From Candidatus Enterocloster excrementipullorum (GTDB lineage Bacteria; Bacillota; Clostridia; Lachnospirales; Lachnospiraceae): a stretch of DNA of 17,405 bases. A program made the position numbers and the translations under genes. The stretch spans positions 1 to 17,405 of the forward strand of contig DWWT01000046.1 of assembly GCA_019119575.1 (NCBI GenBank), in the 5' to 3' direction. Positions within the stretch are counted from its first letter, which is position 1; every line of letters begins with the position of its first letter. This document shows positions 15,285 through 17,405 of the stretch, piece after piece. The notes under the pieces are model-generated. The model was not told the DNA's origin, did not search any database, and saw only the letters and a list, made by a program, of their open reading frames with translations.

Positions 15285-16673
15285 ATGAAGATGGATGAAC
15301 TGCAAAAGGCGATAGAAGACATCACCTATGAGAACAAAAAAATTCCGAAAACCGCATTCCAAGTTATACGGGCAAACAGAGAGGAGGCAATCCCCTATCT
15401 GCGCCGGGCGGTGGCGCGTGCGCGCTCTGAGGGGGACAAACTGGAGGAGGGATATCAGCTGCATTTTTATGCCGTGTACCTGTTGGGAGAACTTCAGGAT
15501 CAGGAGAGCTTTCCGGAGCTCATACGGCTGGTATCCCTGCCGGAGGAGACCGTGGAGTATCTGCTGGGGGACTGCGTGACGGACGGGCTTGCGGACATTT
15601 TATATAATACGTATAACGGGGATTTGGAGCTTTTAAAACGGTCCATTGAGGACAAAAACATCGGGGAATTTGTCCGCAGCGCCATGCTTTTGACCATGGC
15701 CCAGCTCTATGAGGACGGGAGGATTGCCGAGCAGGAGTGGAAGGACTTTCTGCGGAAAAACGTACATACAGGGGATACCTATAACAACCTTTACAATGAG
15801 CTTGGACTGACCATCTGCCGCTGCCATTTTGTCGAAATGCTCCCGGATATCCGCTATATGCTTGACAGGGGCCTGATGGATGAAATGTACATGGGAAAAT
15901 ATGATTCCTGTGTGGATGCCATGTTTTTTTACGGGGATGCGGAACCTTTCTGCAGGACGCCGATGGACGCTATAGAGAACCTCAAGCATTGGAGCATGTT
16001 TGCGGACGGCCCGGAAGGCGGTGAAGACGCCGCGGACAGGCTGGAAGCCTCCAATCAAAACGGCGCCGGAAAAAAGGAAGCGGAGGACTTTTTTGAGATG
16101 CTTCGCGCTGCGGAGCGGGAAATGAATAAACCGGTTTCAAAGAAAAAAATCGGGAGAAACGATCCCTGTCCCTGCGGAAGCGGTAAGAAATATAAGTTCT
16201 GCTGTATGAATAAGCAGGGCGAACCGATTGATTTGATTGAAAGCCTGCCGGAGCGTCAGAAATGGCTGAGGCGCTACCCCTATACCGGAATGGAGCGCGT
16301 GGCAGGACGGGTTTATCTGGAGGATTATTTTGACCAGGAAAGCATTGAAATCGATAAAATTTTGTATCTGGGGTTAATGCATCGGCCGGGGTTTATATGG
16401 AACAGAAACCGGCAGGCAGAGGAAAAGCGGGCCAGGGAATATCTCTGCCTAGCATACCGCAGATGCGCGAAAAAAATGGAGGCGGAGCAGATCTGCTCAC
16501 TGGCGGAATATGATGAGAAATACAGCATTCATTACCGCAGCGGCGAGTGGGTCAATAAGCTGCTTTCCCTGCTGAAGGCAAACAATGACAACCGCCTGTA
16601 CCATGAAGTACAGAAGTGGGCCCAGGCGGGAGGACTTTTGGAGGGTGATAAAAAGCGGAAGCAGGAGGTGTGA
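15285..16673 (+). CDS. DUF1186-like protein with an internal SEC-C metal-binding motif
   Basis: ATG 15285 has AGGAGG at 15269-15274. The N-terminal region resembles DUF1186 (IPYLRRAV...FYAVYLLGELQDQESFPELIRLVSLP...LLGD). The SEC-C motif is NDPCPCGSGKKYKFCC, and about 125 further residues follow it. Confidence 0.72.
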   Translation: MKMDELQKAIEDITYENKKIPKTAFQVIRANREEAIPYLRRAVARARSEGDKLEEGYQLHFYAVYLLGELQDQESFPELIRLVSLPEETVEYLLGDCVTDGLADILYNTYNGDLELLKRSIEDKNIGEFVRSAMLLTMAQLYEDGRIAEQEWKDFLRKNVHTGDTYNNLYNELGLTICRCHFVEMLPDIRYMLDRGLMDEMYMGKYDSCVDAMFFYGDAEPFCRTPMDAIENLKHWSMFADGPEGGEDAADRLEASNQNGAGKKEAEDFFEMLRAAEREMNKPVSKKKIGRNDPCPCGSGKKYKFCCMNKQGEPIDLIESLPERQKWLRRYPYTGMERVAGRVYLEDYFDQESIEIDKILYLGLMHRPGFIWNRNRQAEEKRAREYLCLAYRRCAKKMEAEQICSLAEYDEKYSIHYRSGEWVNKLLSLLKANNDNRLYHEVQKWAQAGGLLEGDKKRKQEV

Positions 16674-16675
16674 AT

Positions 16676-17179
16676 ATGCCGCAGCACATTGTTGTGACGG
16701 ACTACAATCCTGAATGGCCGCGGATGTATCAGGAGGAGGAGAAAAAAATTCAGGCGATTCTGCGGGAGAACTGCACGGCGGTCTATCATATAGGAAGCAC
16801 ATCGGTTCCCGGCCTGGCCGCAAAGCCCATCCTTGATATCATGCCGGTTGTTAAGAGCCTGGAGGCGGCAGACCGCGTGGCCGCGGAATTTGAAAAACTG
16901 GGCTATGAGTATCTGGGAGAATTCGGAATCAAGGGACGCCGGTATCTGCGGAAGGGCGGAGACGAGCGCACGCATCAGATTCACATTTTCCAGGAAGAGG
17001 ACAGGAAAAATATAGACCGTCATCTGTTTTTCCGCGATTACATGCGCACCCATAAAAAGGAGCGGGAGGAGTACGCAGCGCTAAAGAAAGCGCTTGCCCG
17101 CAGATTCCCCTATGATATAGACGGGTACTGTGAGGGAAAGGAGGAATTTATAAGAGGGATCGAGGCGCTGATGGGATGA
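16676..17179 (+). CDS. GrpB-family (UPF0157) nucleotidyltransferase-fold protein
   Basis: Motifs present: YNPEWPRMYQEE...IHHIGSTSVPGLAAKPILDIM...GEFGIKGRRYLRKG...HIHIF...HLFFRDYMRTH. ATG 16676 lies 7 nt after AGGAGG and 2 nt after the upstream TGA. Confidence 0.85.
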   Translation: MPQHIVVTDYNPEWPRMYQEEEKKIQAILRENCTAVYHIGSTSVPGLAAKPILDIMPVVKSLEAADRVAAEFEKLGYEYLGEFGIKGRRYLRKGGDERTHQIHIFQEEDRKNIDRHLFFRDYMRTHKKEREEYAALKKALARRFPYDIDGYCEGKEEFIRGIEALMG

Positions 17180-17203
17180 GTTCCTAATCTCTCCCAAGTT
17201 GTG

Positions 17204-17231
17204 CATATTTTTTCCCAACCTCTAATATGAT
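17204..17231 (+). promoter_or_regulatory. Weak candidate sigma-E-type promoter upstream of spoIIID
   Basis: cATAtt (17204-17209), then 16 nt after the ATA, then aATAtgaT (17224-17231). This partly matches the ATA-16/18-cATAcanT sigma-E pattern as I recall it. The -10 match is poor. Confidence 0.25.
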
Positions 17232-17258
17232 GTAAAAAACGTTCTTAGGGGAGAACCC

Positions 17259-17405
17259 ATGAAGGAATATATCGAAGAACGGGCCGTAGCTATTGCCAAT
17301 TACATCATAGACCATAATGCCACCGTGAGGCAGACGGCGAAACGGTTTGGGATAAGTAAGTCTACGGTACATACGGTAGTAACAAAATGGACAGGCTTCT
17401 CTTGA
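17259..17405 (+). CDS. spoIIID: SpoIIID-like sporulation transcription regulator, N-terminal HTH part only (48 codons, then TGA at the window edge)
   Basis: MKEYIEERAVAIANYIIDHNATVRQTAKRFGISKSTVH matches the SpoIIID N-terminus/HTH (B. subtilis MHDYIKERTIKIGKYIVETKKTVRVIAKEFGVSKSTVHKDLTERL). After His38 the sequence reads TVVTKWTGFS*, not KD-x-TERL. GGGGAG lies upstream of the ATG. Confidence 0.7.
   Translation: MKEYIEERAVAIANYIIDHNATVRQTAKRFGISKSTVHTVVTKWTGFS

Noticed and set aside
17184-17372. A 62-aa minus-strand ORF overlapping the spoIIID region
   Set aside because: It is antisense to a clear SpoIIID HTH-coding frame, and it has no RBS and no recognisable motif.
1-17405. CRISPR arrays, tRNA/rRNA genes, transposases, integrases, toxin-antitoxin pairs
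   Set aside because: I saw no regularly spaced direct repeats, cloverleaf-like segments, DDE/tyrosine-recombinase motifs or small paired ORFs on either strand. The only mobile-element hints are the RhuM-like remnant at the 5' end and the spoIIID truncation at the 3' end.

Overview
This window looks like a high-GC, Clostridia-type chromosomal segment. That placement is inferred from AGGAGG-type ribosome binding sites, a spoIIID homologue and the gene content.

**Minus strand, 415-5642.** A six-gene Ech-type (group 4, energy-converting) [NiFe]-hydrogenase operon in the order echA-B-C-D-E-F. Its subunits are NuoL-like, NuoH-like, NuoB-like small subunit, NuoC-like, large subunit and polyferredoxin.

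**Plus strand, 5870-11651.** A complete maturation operon, hypA-B-F-C-D-E, transcribed divergently from a shared 227-bp control region. A PaaI-type hotdog thioesterase follows with no intervening terminator. A terminator is predicted only after it.

**Rest of the window.**
- A convergent dat / DmpA-like (P1/S58) aminopeptidase pair on the minus strand.
- A frameshifted FUSC-like membrane protein gene.
- A DUF1186/SEC-C protein.
- A GrpB-family protein.
- A spoIIID-like ORF that loses homology and terminates at the window edge.
- At the 5' end (1-414), no intact gene: a short RhuM-like C-terminal remnant and two hairpin terminators.

**Most notable observation.** The ORF track leaves a gap at 2681-2883. 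This is the N-terminus of the hydrogenase small subunit, joined in frame to the 88-aa ORF through a single TAG (2729-2731) at a conserved motif position. I cannot tell from the sequence whether this is a fresh nonsense mutation, a base-call error or a read-through/recoding site.

**Other points.**
- EchF carries an extra fused 2x[4Fe-4S] ferredoxin domain.
- hypA has no stop at its conserved end and runs 98 nt into hypB.
- Three unrelated genes in 17 kb are disrupted.

I saw no CRISPR array, tRNA, rRNA or obvious transposase. All family assignments come from motif recognition by eye; no database search was run.
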